Counted from the first letter of the stretch, positions 1-9,631 are shown. The stretch is DNA of 32,000 bases from Abditibacteriota bacterium (GCA_942493375.1 OW818698.1:5494528-5526527), one strand, 5' to 3'. The notes: generated by a model from the sequence alone, not told the origin. Program-made: numbers and translations.

Positions 1-1
1 C

Positions 2-1306
2 GGTTGGAAGCTCCCAAAAGGTAAATATGCCTGCTGGGAAGGCGCCGGAAAATATAACCAGGTAGACCGAAAAGGCAGGAATCCGATGTTTGACTTCGGA
101 TTCACACAAGTTGCTGAGAACACTATTTCCGCTGGCGGAAGCGTCCCCGGAAAAGATGAGCAGTGCCGGGTGTTTGGAGATGCTGAGTGGCTGGATATGT
201 CGGATGGCGGCAACCAGACCAAGTGGCACAATAATGGCTGGAAGAGTCGTGGGGAGCGGATGAAGATAGTTATCCCCGATTTTGAAAATGCCGACGCTTG
301 GCGGTGGAACCAGGCACAGTTTGATGCTTTTAAAGCTCTAGTTTCGGATTTCAAGAAGGATCGACCGGACTGTCTTATTGGTTGTTGGGGAGTTGGAGTT
401 TCCAATTACTCCTTCAGGATATTCGACGAACGTGACAATGAAGGCCGACCGACTGGTGTTGTCAATCTAAAAGCAGCAGGCCAGTGGAAGTCTCAGTATG
501 ACAACCCGAAACCCCAGTTGCACAGGATTTTGGACTACTGCGGACTGAACTTCGGGAACCCGAGTGTCTACTGGATCAACAGCGGAAATCCTGCGCATCT
601 GTATGCAGTAGTTCAGGAGTGGGAGATAGGCAAACTCGCCAAGCCCGAAGTCCCGAATGTGCTCTCAAACTGGATACAGACAGAATTTGTAGATGGTTAC
701 CCGCTATCCAGTTATAGGTTCACCAAACCTGACGGCAGTTCCCAGGTGCGATATACAAAGCACCAGGCGCCACCGACATATACGTATGCTCTCTCCCTGT
801 TCGCTCACACCCGCATGGATGGAATATACTGCTGGGAGACCGGTAACGGTTACTCAGAAGACGTAGCAGATGCCGGAGTAATAGGCCCGGACGGTTATCC
901 GACCTCTGAGCGCAAAATCGTCAATGGCGTAGAGAAGAATGCAACCTATTACATAAAGTATTTTGGGTTCTACAACTACCACGTGCTGGGTATGTGGCAG
1001 GCAAGTCAGAACAAGAGCATTATCGAAGCCAATACTCCCTGGATAATGCCGGAATTGTGGACATCAACCAATAAAGTCTGGAGAACCGGAGACGACCGCT
1101 ACCCGAGCTACTGCAACTTCTACAAAGAGCCCCTGATCCGGGTCAAATACTCCTCCGATGGAAAGACTCCATTGGTAATAGCCTGCAACCCCTATAACAA
1201 AGATGTCCAGCAGGTAAAAATCAGAATCCCAGGTTCCCTCAAAGAACAAACCTTCGAACTAATAGGAGACTATCCCATAATTACAACTTTCAAGCTCAAA
1301 AAATGA
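2..1306 (+). CDS. 5'-truncated CDS; uncharacterised protein, possibly glycoside-hydrolase-like
   Basis: The reading frame is open from nt 2: GWKLPKGKYACWEGAGKYNQVDRKGRNP precedes the first Met at 86. The gene therefore very likely starts upstream of the window. Stop is TGA at 1304-1306. I recognise no family with certainty. An IPDFE..W.W segment, W/Y-rich composition and glycan-degradation neighbours are merely compatible with a glycosidase barrel. Confidence 0.55.
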   Translation, partial: GWKLPKGKYACWEGAGKYNQVDRKGRNPMFDFGFTQVAENTISAGGSVPGKDEQCRVFGDAEWLDMSDGGNQTKWHNNGWKSRGERMKIVIPDFENADAWRWNQAQFDAFKALVSDFKKDRPDCLIGCWGVGVSNYSFRIFDERDNEGRPTGVVNLKAAGQWKSQYDNPKPQLHRILDYCGLNFGNPSVYWINSGNPAHLYAVVQEWEIGKLAKPEVPNVLSNWIQTEFVDGYPLSSYRFTKPDGSSQVRYTKHQAPPTYTYALSLFAHTRMDGIYCWETGNGYSEDVADAGVIGPDGYPTSERKIVNGVEKNATYYIKYFGFYNYHVLGMWQASQNKSIIEANTPWIMPELWTSTNKVWRTGDDRYPSYCNFYKEPLIRVKYSSDGKTPLVIACNPYNKDVQQVKIRIPGSLKEQTFELIGDYPIITTFKLKK

Positions 1307-1342
1307 CCAATACAACCCTCCGAGAAACCCATCTACCCAATT

Positions 1343-1361
1343 CCCCCTTGGAGAAGGGGGG
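1343..1361 (+). terminator. G/C-run hairpin after the first CDS (CCCCCTT-GGAG-AAGGGGG)
   Basis: A 7-bp stem is formed by 1343-1349 and 1354-1360 with a 4-nt loop. It lies 37 nt after the stop at 1306. It is followed by GTAGGGGGG rather than a T-run, so it is not a canonical intrinsic terminator. Confidence 0.25.
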
Positions 1362-1545
1362 TAGGGGGGATTGATTCACACCCATTCAAATTTCGACTCA
1401 CCCTCTCCCTTCCCTACTTATATAATTCATAATTCATACTTCATAATTTCTAATATCCCCTTCCCGAAGTCTCCTCAAAAAAGAGGAATATTACCACCTC
1501 ACCCGTAACAGTCATATCATTAATATTCAAATACTGGAGGACGCA

Positions 1546-2157
1546 ATGGACATTTTTGGATCCTTTTTTGGTCCCTCAAAGGATGAGATCTGGGGCAAGA
1601 TTGCAGATGATATTGGTGGGAGTTATGAAGACAGTGGGTTTTTCGGGGGTGATGTTCTCCGTTACTGCTCCGGACAGTGGGAGATCACCCTGGACACATA
1701 CACGGTCAACAGTGGGAGAAGCAGTCAAACCTACACCCGCATGCGAGCTCCCTTCGTTAACAAGGACGGTCTTTACTTCAAGATCTACCGCGAGGGTGTT
1801 TTTGCTGCAATCGCCAAGACTTTCGGCATGCAGGAAATCGAGCTAGGCGATACATTCTTTGATCTAGATTTTATTATTAGAGGCAATAATTCTGACAAGA
1901 TCAAACAACTCCTCTCAGACGAGAGCTTGAAAGCCCTGATTCGCTATCAGCCGAATATCAGTCTTGAAATCAAGGACGATGAAGGCTGGTTCGGTGGCTC
2001 ATTTCCTGATGGAGTAGATGAATTATATTTCGAGTGTTATGGAATTGTAACAGATGAATCCCTTCTGAGAAACCTGTTCGACATGTTCTGCCTGACGCTC
2101 CAAAGGTTAGTAGAGATTGATTCCGGCAGTGACAGCAAGCCCAATGTGCAATTGTAA
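1546..2157 (+). CDS. hypothetical cytoplasmic protein (203 aa), no recognised domain
   Basis: ATG 1546 is preceded by GGAGG (1536-1540) with a 5-nt spacer. The product is acidic and lacks a signal peptide. The gene ends 32 nt before the next gene, so the two are probably co-transcribed. Confidence 0.6.
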   Translation: MDIFGSFFGPSKDEIWGKIADDIGGSYEDSGFFGGDVLRYCSGQWEITLDTYTVNSGRSSQTYTRMRAPFVNKDGLYFKIYREGVFAAIAKTFGMQEIELGDTFFDLDFIIRGNNSDKIKQLLSDESLKALIRYQPNISLEIKDDEGWFGGSFPDGVDELYFECYGIVTDESLLRNLFDMFCLTLQRLVEIDSGSDSKPNVQL

Positions 2158-2189
2158 GTCTTGTAAAACAAATACTCGAGGAACAAACA

Positions 2190-3728
2190 ATGAACTACCG
2201 ACCAAAAGCAGATAGCTTAATACTCTGGGACACATGGATGTTCAGAGATCCCAATGGTAAAAGAATGCACTTGTTCTACCTTGCGAACCTGCCTGAAGGG
2301 CATTGGGAGTGGGTGGGGCATGCTGTCAGCGAAGATCTTGTTCATTGGGTGGATATGCCCAATATCCAGGTACGTTGTCCGGGTGACAGTTATGATGTCG
2401 GAGTTATTGGTACCGGGATGGTATTTGAGCATAGACCCGGTGAGTATATGATGAGTTATACCGCCAATCTGGACAGTGACAGACAGCAGATCTCTTTTCT
2501 TCACAGCAATGATCTCATTAACTGGGAGAAGAAATGGCCGCAGCCGGTGTTTACAGCTGAACCTCCATACTATGAGACTGACAAGACCAGGTGTATTAGC
2601 AGTCCGGCGTTCAGAGATGCATACATCCACAAGGTAGGGGAGCATTTTGAGGCTCTTGTTGGTGCAAATCTAACTGATGGACCGGTGCTGCTGCGCGGAG
2701 GCATTGCCAGGTATCGCAGCCTCAATGATCAACTGGACAAATGGGAACCACTGGCGCCTATTATCGGTCCAAACATCACAGCTCTGATGGAGGTTCCGGA
2801 GCATTTTCAGTTAGGAAATAAGCATTATTTGATATGGTCGACCTCCTCAAGCTTGGGTGTCGAATGTGATACACCAACACGCCGCACCTGTGGCGGGACT
2901 TTCTACGCTGTGTCAGACAGCTATGATGGATCTTACTGCGTGCCTGAAGACAACCTGCTGATAGGTGCCGGTGGGACGGTCCAGAGCTATGTTGGTAGAA
3001 CCATTGAATGGCATGGGGAACGACTGCTTTACCATCACATGGCATTCCCTTATCCGTCTTCAGGTATGCCGAAGCGCGTGATACAGAATGAAGATGGCAC
3101 CCTGAAACTCGGTTACTGGCCGGGTATTGAGTCGATCCACGCTGAAGCTATTGATATTCCTCTCAATAAACTTGATATCCAGGGAGAAAATATGGGAGCT
3201 GGAACCTGGATATCCACGAGTTCCAGTAGTCTGACCGGCAGTATAGATGGTGGTGGATCGTTGGCGCTTGTGGGATTTGAACACCAGGATATCCACCTCA
3301 AATGCAAAGTCACAGCCGATGCCACCCGGTTTGGTGTAGTCTTGCGCGATCCAGGTCAGTTCACAGACCGCGAGAACAACGTGCGAACGACCCACGCTGG
3401 ACTTGCCCTGCAGGGTGATATCAAACACAGAGAATGGCACTTTGGCAAGCCCTGTCATTCGTGGTGCAGTCATATATCACCCGTAGAGACAATCTATGAG
3501 GCTCCGCTGCCGAACCGCACTTACCAACTCGACCTGATTGCCCGGGACATCTACTTCGAGGTTTACATAAACGGTATCTGGAAATTCACCCGAATAGTAA
3601 GCGATAAATCCCCCAAAGGCAGAGTAGGTTTCTACGTGGAAGCCGGTTCAGCAAGGTTCGAAGAAATCCAGGCCTGGCAACTCGAACCAATGTCCCAACC
3701 CTACCCGGAAAACCTGCCCACCGCGTAA
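2190..3728 (+). CDS. GH32-like (clan GH-J) five-bladed beta-propeller glycosidase with C-terminal beta-sandwich
   Basis: GAGGA (2178-2182) lies 7 nt before ATG 2190. Three motifs match GH32 blocks:
- WMFRDPNG at aa 16-23 (compare the GH32 WMNDPNG nucleophile block).
- FRDA at aa 141-144 (RDP block).
- MEVPE at aa 200-204 (EC(P) acid/base block).
The C-terminal tail YFEVYINGIW...GRVGFYVEAGSARFEEIQAW looks like a lectin-type sandwich. No signal peptide is present. Confidence 0.65.
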   Translation: MNYRPKADSLILWDTWMFRDPNGKRMHLFYLANLPEGHWEWVGHAVSEDLVHWVDMPNIQVRCPGDSYDVGVIGTGMVFEHRPGEYMMSYTANLDSDRQQISFLHSNDLINWEKKWPQPVFTAEPPYYETDKTRCISSPAFRDAYIHKVGEHFEALVGANLTDGPVLLRGGIARYRSLNDQLDKWEPLAPIIGPNITALMEVPEHFQLGNKHYLIWSTSSSLGVECDTPTRRTCGGTFYAVSDSYDGSYCVPEDNLLIGAGGTVQSYVGRTIEWHGERLLYHHMAFPYPSSGMPKRVIQNEDGTLKLGYWPGIESIHAEAIDIPLNKLDIQGENMGAGTWISTSSSSLTGSIDGGGSLALVGFEHQDIHLKCKVTADATRFGVVLRDPGQFTDRENNVRTTHAGLALQGDIKHREWHFGKPCHSWCSHISPVETIYEAPLPNRTYQLDLIARDIYFEVYINGIWKFTRIVSDKSPKGRVGFYVEAGSARFEEIQAWQLEPMSQPYPENLPTA

Positions 3729-3738
3729 TCCCGGGCAC

Positions 3739-3784
3739 GCCGAACCCCAGTTCGGCACCTGGTGCGATAACATATCGCACCAGG
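3739..3784. terminator. two adjacent hairpins between convergent genes (likely bidirectional terminator)
   Basis: Hairpin 1 is GCCGAAC (3739-3745), loop CCCA, GTTCGGC (3750-3756). Hairpin 2 is a perfect 12-bp stem of CCTGGTGCGATA (3758-3769), loop ACA, TATCGCACCAGG (3773-3784). Together they fill the 62-nt gap between the stops at 3728 (+) and 3791 (-). Confidence 0.55.
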
Positions 3785-3790
3785 CCCGTA

Positions 3791-6700
3791 CTACTCCACT
3801 ATCCCCACCGCATCCACAAGCTGCCCGTTATTTAGAAGTTTCACGCACACCGGATTCAAAAGCCCCGTCAGATCCAAAGTCTGTGCACCAGCCTTTGCTT
3901 TCTGTTTAAGCAGTTGCTTGCCGTTTACATCACTAATAACCAGCTCTGACACCTTACCAGGAGACTTCATGCTTACCTGTAAGGCATTACCGCTGCGTTT
4001 CATTGAGATGGTTTTGGATAGCACTGCCACGCAAGCTACATCATTGCGTTCCATGTAGAGGCTGACCTTACCATAAATGACAGGCAGTTCCTGGCAGGTC
4101 AGAAGATTGACTACGTGGGTATCACGCAAGGATGTGTCCAGTTTCAGTGCCTCTCCTTCGAAAGTGTGTCCCATCGCATTATACAGATGGTAAATCGTCT
4201 TGCCTTCACCTCTAAAGCGGTTACAGTAAAGGTAGTTCTGTAAGGTTGGCAGGAGGGCATAATTGTCGCGGCCCTGGTAGACATTCTCATTCTCGTTAAG
4301 GATCGTATACATATTGTCAGGATAGTATCGTCCGAATGACTCAACTGCATTCCAGAACTTCTTATGACTGTTGACATCTACATTCATGTGGTCCAGTTCA
4401 TAAGCCTTGCATTCAGGAAAATAGAACCGCTGGAGGTTGCACTCCAGAGGACGCAGTGGTGATTTCTGCCCCGTAAGATCGTAAGTGATGCAGCCGTCGA
4501 GATATTGCATCATGTAGTCGAATGCTGGGAATTCGGTGGTGAGGACAAGGCCCGGACGGACTTTATCCATCCCCCTGTGTACCATCTTTATTGTCTCAGA
4601 GACAGCCTTATTCCATTGGGTGACTCCGAACTCGGCATAACTGTGCTTGTGGGAGGGGTTATAGCAGGCCCAGCCGCGATGGCCATACTCGTCCAGGCGG
4701 ATTCCGTCAGCCCCGGTCTCCCGCATCACGCGTCCGGTGGTCTTCGCAACCCACTCCCGCACTTCGGGCAGGTCGTGGCATGGATTGTAAACATCATATT
4801 CGGTGCTGAGCTTATCATCCTTATTGATCACCCCCCACTCCTTACCGTGAGCTAGACCGATCTTTGATGTGAAGTCCATGCGGAAGAAATCCGTATAGAG
4901 AGTGGTGAGGGATCCCATAGACTTGTATTTCTTTATAGCAGCCTGGAATGCAGGTAGTCCACCAAATCGTTCGTTATAACCCAGATAGTCACCGGGCTGG
5001 TTGTTCCACATCTTCTTGCCGGTAACCGGGTCGTTTACGAAGTATGGTTCCCATTCCTTGGTCTTAGCCGGAGAGAGGACCTTCTCAAGTTGATCGAAGG
5101 GTGTGCCGAATGGGCCCAGCGGAGACCAGTCCCACCAACTCATTAACTCGATGCAGTCGGTGTTCGGCTGTATGAAATCGGTGCGATATTTGCCATCCTT
5201 GAACAGGTAATCAGTCGCCCAGCCAGTTGCCATCATATTGCGAACACTTTTTAGTTTGGATGGATAAGGTCGAAACTTCCAGACGCTGTGTGCCCATTTT
5301 GCATAATCAGCCATTGCACTGTGCCAATCCCCAGTGTGAGCAGTCAGGACAGCAGTAGCAGGAGTGAATGATGCACCTGGTTTGCGGGTACGGCGCAGGT
5401 ACTCATAGGTGAAAGCGGTTCCATCCACGATATCCAGTGCAGCCGGCTCACATTTATACTCCGGCTTTACGAGCATTGTCAGTTCCTCCTGGTTTGAGTC
5501 AAACGCACCGGGAATGTGCTTGCGCAGTGCCAGGATCTTGTGCCATCCATTTTTGTCATCCGTCCGGATAGAAAGTCCACCCCCGAGTGCCGGACTGTAA
5601 AGGTCCATCACCTGGTAGAGTGCCTCATATTCGCCATAACCACGCCGTATTGAGGCAGAAGTGTCGGCGATAATCCCACCACCGGCAGGGAAGAAGTAGT
5701 AGTCGTCTTTTATCTGGGGTGATATAGCCAGGCTGGCCAGATGTGGGAAAGCCAATTTGAAATCGGTCGACTGCTTGCCGGTGTTGGTCAGACTGAAACC
5801 CATTCGCAGCCCTTCATTGGTCATATTCACCGTGAGTAAACCCCTGAGCGCGGGAGAGGACATATCCAACTGTGCTACAAATCCATTAGTTGATGGTTTA
5901 ATGCTGGTGATCTTGAATTCACGGCTCCCTGAATAGCGCTTCCCATTGACCTCGACTAAAAACAGAGCACATGCAGCGGGATCATGGATCATCTCAGTCC
6001 TGGTGACCATATTATAGAGCGAGGTCAAACGCAGGCGATTGGAGCTTTGGAACTTCGCGCGGAGTTGTCCTCCGGCAAGGGTTATCTCACGATCATTGAT
6101 CTTGCACACAGGTTGCAAGGCAGGAGGAGCCTTCACTACCTTGACTGCAGGTGTAAGGTTGATAGCCGGTGGTAGCGGGTGATATGAACGACTGCCGGTG
6201 ACTTTCACGCTCTGGACGACAACTGGTGTGTCAGTTGCAGTGATCAATAAACCCGAGGGTTGGAATGAACGCATGGCCGGTAAGTTGATATCTACACCCA
6301 TGGAAGCAGGAATATCCTTGGCAGCGGTACCGTCACGGTTGATCCACTGGATTTTCACAGTGCCAGTAGCTTCAACAGTTGCAGTCACTGGCTGAAGCAT
6401 ATCCAGGTTTTCAGCTGCCCACTCGACGCGTGCGCTCTGCCCGGCAGCCAGACTCAGTCCATCGGATTGGGGTTTAAGATCCCGTCCTCCAGTGTATATA
6501 AAGAATCCACATGGATCGTCCGTAGCAGACGACTTATCAGGTCGCCATCTTGCTTCAAAGCTGGTGGGTTTCTCAAGCACATACAAGCGGATCAGGTATT
6601 CACCGTTGCCTCCCGGGATCGTCAGCATCTCCTGGGTCCATGTCTTCCCATCGAATGCCACAGAGCTGTTACCGCGCTTCTCGCTGTTATCTATGCCCAG

Positions 6701-7201
6701 ATACAGGTAGTCATCACCTTTGCAGCCGGGTGTTTTACGCACCAGTATCTCATTGACACCGTGGATGAACTCGCTCTTTGGGATGACAAAATCATACCAG
6801 GCTATGCTGGGAGCGCTGTTCTCAGCGAAGATCGGGGCTCCTCCGTTGGTGGGATACTCGTGGATATTGCCGTTTATGACTATCTGGTACGATTCATCCA
6901 GCCCGTTGACCGCAGGGAGGTCGTGCCAGGAGTAGTCTCGCACCATGAAATAGACCGATAAGCGCACATCTGAGGCTGCATCCCACGTGGCTGCGGGGAT
7001 ATCGCTGGTGTCAAGGATCTTCCGGGCGGTGTAGTCACCTGTGCTCATGTGGGTGATTCCATTAGTCATCCCACCCCATCCCCCGGTGTCATCCCGGACT
7101 TCCAGAACTCCCTCGCCAACACGGAAAAAGTGCGAGGGGACGGCAATAGCCGCTGAGGTAAGAGCAAGGATGACTAACATGAACAGGATAGTGCGCAACA
7201 T
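3791..7201 (-). CDS. large secreted protein, putative (beta/alpha)8 glycoside hydrolase with N-terminal beta-rich modules
   Basis: This is the longest ORF in the window. The track start TTG 7204 is immediately followed by ATG 7201. GGAGG (CCTCC at 7208-7212 on the + strand) lies 6 nt before that ATG, so 7201 is preferred. The signal peptide is MLRTILFMLVILALTSAAIAVP. The central motifs GDWHSAMADYAKW, GADGIRLDEYGH and LTTEFP are typical of glycosidase barrels. The family cannot be assigned by eye. Confidence 0.8.
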   Translation of the reverse strand: MLRTILFMLVILALTSAAIAVPSHFFRVGEGVLEVRDDTGGWGGMTNGITHMSTGDYTARKILDTSDIPAATWDAASDVRLSVYFMVRDYSWHDLPAVNGLDESYQIVINGNIHEYPTNGGAPIFAENSAPSIAWYDFVIPKSEFIHGVNEILVRKTPGCKGDDYLYLGIDNSEKRGNSSVAFDGKTWTQEMLTIPGGNGEYLIRLYVLEKPTSFEARWRPDKSSATDDPCGFFIYTGGRDLKPQSDGLSLAAGQSARVEWAAENLDMLQPVTATVEATGTVKIQWINRDGTAAKDIPASMGVDINLPAMRSFQPSGLLITATDTPVVVQSVKVTGSRSYHPLPPAINLTPAVKVVKAPPALQPVCKINDREITLAGGQLRAKFQSSNRLRLTSLYNMVTRTEMIHDPAACALFLVEVNGKRYSGSREFKITSIKPSTNGFVAQLDMSSPALRGLLTVNMTNEGLRMGFSLTNTGKQSTDFKLAFPHLASLAISPQIKDDYYFFPAGGGIIADTSASIRRGYGEYEALYQVMDLYSPALGGGLSIRTDDKNGWHKILALRKHIPGAFDSNQEELTMLVKPEYKCEPAALDIVDGTAFTYEYLRRTRKPGASFTPATAVLTAHTGDWHSAMADYAKWAHSVWKFRPYPSKLKSVRNMMATGWATDYLFKDGKYRTDFIQPNTDCIELMSWWDWSPLGPFGTPFDQLEKVLSPAKTKEWEPYFVNDPVTGKKMWNNQPGDYLGYNERFGGLPAFQAAIKKYKSMGSLTTLYTDFFRMDFTSKIGLAHGKEWGVINKDDKLSTEYDVYNPCHDLPEVREWVAKTTGRVMRETGADGIRLDEYGHRGWACYNPSHKHSYAEFGVTQWNKAVSETIKMVHRGMDKVRPGLVLTTEFPAFDYMMQYLDGCITYDLTGQKSPLRPLECNLQRFYFPECKAYELDHMNVDVNSHKKFWNAVESFGRYYPDNMYTILNENENVYQGRDNYALLPTLQNYLYCNRFRGEGKTIYHLYNAMGHTFEGEALKLDTSLRDTHVVNLLTCQELPVIYGKVSLYMERNDVACVAVLSKTISMKRSGNALQVSMKSPGKVSELVISDVNGKQLLKQKAKAGAQTLDLTGLLNPVCVKLLNNGQLVDAVGIVE

Positions 7202-7398
7202 CAACTACCTCCAGGATATGTGACCAGCAATCTATATGGTGCACTAGTTCGCCGTTCCAGGCACGGACACCTTCTATATAGGATTCGTTTCGTGTTTTGG
7301 CATTTGGTAAAGTGAATCAATCTCAGATTGTCCTGATGTTATTGATAGCAGGGGATTATGCTCTGGTAAAGGTAATTGAGAAGAGTGAATGTATATTC

Positions 7399-7785
7399 CT
7401 AGATGGATGGTCGCAGGATTTCCTGGTCATTTACACAGTTGGTTATCTTGGTCAGTTCAATCTCAACTGAAGACTTGAGCGGTATCTCGGTATAGTTTGC
7501 GTCTTGTTTAGTGTGGAAAATTATAGTCTCAGCCAGCGGTGCAACGCGACTTAATAACGTATTTATATCTGATGAAGATATTTCCGGAATGGCCCAATAA
7601 ATGACGCTGTTCTCTGTGTCAAAAATCGTACATTCATGATCGTCAGTCTCTACTTTTAGTGGACTGATACATATGCTTTCTGCAAGTAGATCCAGTTTAA
7701 TTGCGCATGGCAGCAAGCTGCCTCCCACGACTAACTCCTTATCAGATTCTATGTATTGGATTACCACGGTGGAATCCTTTCTCAA
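7399..7785 (-). CDS. hypothetical small acidic protein (coding status uncertain)
   Basis: The 128-codon ORF starts at TTG 7785 with no Shine-Dalgarno sequence. An in-frame GTG at 7728 follows AAGGAG with a 6-nt spacer and would give about 109 aa. No domain is recognised, and the flanks are AT-rich. Confidence 0.35.
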   Translation of the reverse strand: MRKDSTVVIQYIESDKELVVGGSLLPCAIKLDLLAESICISPLKVETDDHECTIFDTENSVIYWAIPEISSSDINTLLSRVAPLAETIIFHTKQDANYTEIPLKSSVEIELTKITNCVNDQEILRPSI

Positions 7786-8092
7786 TCAATTAACGTCTAC
7801 CTGATAATTAGCATTATTCATGTGCAATCCGAGTCTGTCTTGGCAGTGTAGCCCATAAATTCTCTATTGTCAAGAGCAAGTCGACTGGTTTTGTTGAGTT
7901 GAGCTTAACAATCCGTAAAAACTGGTAATTATGCTGGGAATGAATAGTATCACGAAGTATGAATCATAAAATGGGGAGTCTCGATTGAATGTGTGATATA
8001 CTTCACTTATAAGCCCGCTGTAGTATAGGGCTGCCTTTGTGCAGTTTAGTATTACAACGGGTTGTTTCTTGCATATCCTGTAGCTTGTTTTC

Positions 8093-9475
8093 TTGAAGAG
8101 GGATGAGGCTTTGTCTATTACACTTAAGAACAGGAAAAAGACCGTCATTATCATAGTAGCCATTATCCTGAGCATACTAACGTATGTATGGCCATTTGCT
8201 CGCATTCTTCTGCCAGGTTGGGTTTCGTATTCGAGGGAGACCAAGAGGCTAAATAGACAGATAGCTGCAATCAGGGCAAAAGGTGAACCTGTTTATGCAA
8301 ATGAATTGTATGGCAAATCCGTCCCTGATAATTTTAATGCCGCAGTCTCTATTGAACCGGTACTTAAGGTCGTATCCGAAAAAGCAGTCAAAGCGGATCT
8401 CAACAAAATACGCCGATACACCGGTCGTTATACTAATAATGAAGCTCCACTGACTGCTGGAGACTTGGTTGAGTTTGAACGCCTGACCAATAAATATAGC
8501 TATCTACTCCCCCAGATTAAAAAGGCTGCATCCAAGCCTCTTTGCAGATATAAAGTGGAGTGGGAAAAGACAGTTGCAGCTTCATTACCCCATTTAGCTA
8601 AGCTCCGGAATATAAATGGTCTAATTATGGCAAAAGCGATCTGCGAAGCCAGACAAGGGAACATGAAGGCTTCAGCGGATTATATTTCATTGAGCGTTTC
8701 CTTAGGTAACACCTTAAGAAACGAACCAGGGATGATATCTCAACTGGTCAGATATACCCTGCTGCATATGACAGCAAATGGACTTAAGGGAATATTGAAA
8801 GAAGGGCACATCAGTCCTGTTACGGCAAATAAAATTATACTTTCTCTAAATAAGGGTGAGATATCGGATAGCTATAGAACAGCTCTAATAGGAGAACGTG
8901 CAACATGCATCACCTTAATAGACGATACAGTAGCCAGACGAATTGTGATTGATAATGCTGATGCTGGACCGAAAGGTGCTTTTATGAGACTAGTACCTAA
9001 TTTTATAGCATATTTAAGAGCAAATGAGAACGAGATAATATCCTATTGCACAAAACAGTTAGAATCTACAAACAAGCCATATCGGGAATTTATGCCAGCT
9101 GACTTCATTTTTCCCGCCAGTAGTACATCAAAAGGTATGTTTACTTCCCTGTGCTCGATATATCCGAAGATTGTTGGACGCCGGGATACGGTCACTGCCA
9201 CACTCAATGGTTCAATCATCGCCGTCTCCCTTAATAGCTACAAGACCCAGTTTGGGCAATATCCACCCAGTCTGGCTACTCTAAGCAAGAAAACAGGCAA
9301 AAAACTTCCACTTGACCCATTCAGTGGTAAGAGTTTTATCTACAAACCCAAAGCCAACGGTTATCTGCTATATAGTATCGCCGTGGATTTAAAAGACAGC
9401 AGAGGAATAGAACTCCCAAAAGGTGCCAAAGCTGAAAAGACCCCTCATGATATTGTATGGCGGATGGATGAGTAG
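8093..9475 (+). CDS. membrane-anchored protein with GspG/PulG-like C-terminal motif
   Basis: The start is TTG 8093 (no SD) or in-frame TTG 8111 (AGAGGGA 7 nt upstream). A basic N-terminus is followed by one TM helix (TVIIIVAIILSILTYVWPF) and a long helical region. The C-terminus LPLDPFSGKSFIYKPKANGYLLYSIAVDLKD follows the DPxG..Y.Y...Y.L.S.G.D pattern of type II secretion pseudopilin C-termini. Confidence 0.7.
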   Translation: MKRDEALSITLKNRKKTVIIIVAIILSILTYVWPFARILLPGWVSYSRETKRLNRQIAAIRAKGEPVYANELYGKSVPDNFNAAVSIEPVLKVVSEKAVKADLNKIRRYTGRYTNNEAPLTAGDLVEFERLTNKYSYLLPQIKKAASKPLCRYKVEWEKTVAASLPHLAKLRNINGLIMAKAICEARQGNMKASADYISLSVSLGNTLRNEPGMISQLVRYTLLHMTANGLKGILKEGHISPVTANKIILSLNKGEISDSYRTALIGERATCITLIDDTVARRIVIDNADAGPKGAFMRLVPNFIAYLRANENEIISYCTKQLESTNKPYREFMPADFIFPASSTSKGMFTSLCSIYPKIVGRRDTVTATLNGSIIAVSLNSYKTQFGQYPPSLATLSKKTGKKLPLDPFSGKSFIYKPKANGYLLYSIAVDLKDSRGIELPKGAKAEKTPHDIVWRMDE

Positions 9476-9618
9476 GCAATTAGCACTTATCTTGATTTTA
9501 TATTAATATACCGCAAGTCCTATGTTTTCCTCCACTACTCTAGAAAACCATAATACTTCCAGTTAATCAATATTTCTCAAATGGATGTTAACGAAATGGT
9601 GTGATATCGAGTCTATAT

Positions 9619-9631
9619 TAACTGTTGCAAA
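9619..9631 (+). promoter_or_regulatory. 13-mer TAACTGTTGCAAA, 54 nt upstream of pseudopilin gene 1 (copy 1 of 2)
   Basis: An identical 13-mer occurs at 20888-20900, 55 nt upstream of the second DUF1559 gene. Both copies are on the coding strand. Confidence 0.4.

Noticed and set aside
1556-1846. 96-aa ORF overlapping the 203-aa gene in another frame
   Set aside because: It lies entirely inside the better-supported ORF (SD plus ATG at 1546). Its Arg/Ser/Pro-rich composition is typical of an off-frame translation.
4144-7223. Many 60-164-aa ORFs on both strands inside the 1136-aa gene (for example 4505-4855, 6467-6961, 7041-7223)
   Set aside because: All are nested in or antisense to a long, motif-bearing ORF. 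None has independent start signals or a recognisable domain.
7870-8244. 124-aa minus-strand ORF with hydrophobic stretches
   Set aside because: All of its Met codons lie inside the N-terminal coding region of the 460-aa plus-strand gene. It has no SD, and the hydrophobic stretch is simply the antisense of the TM-helix codons.
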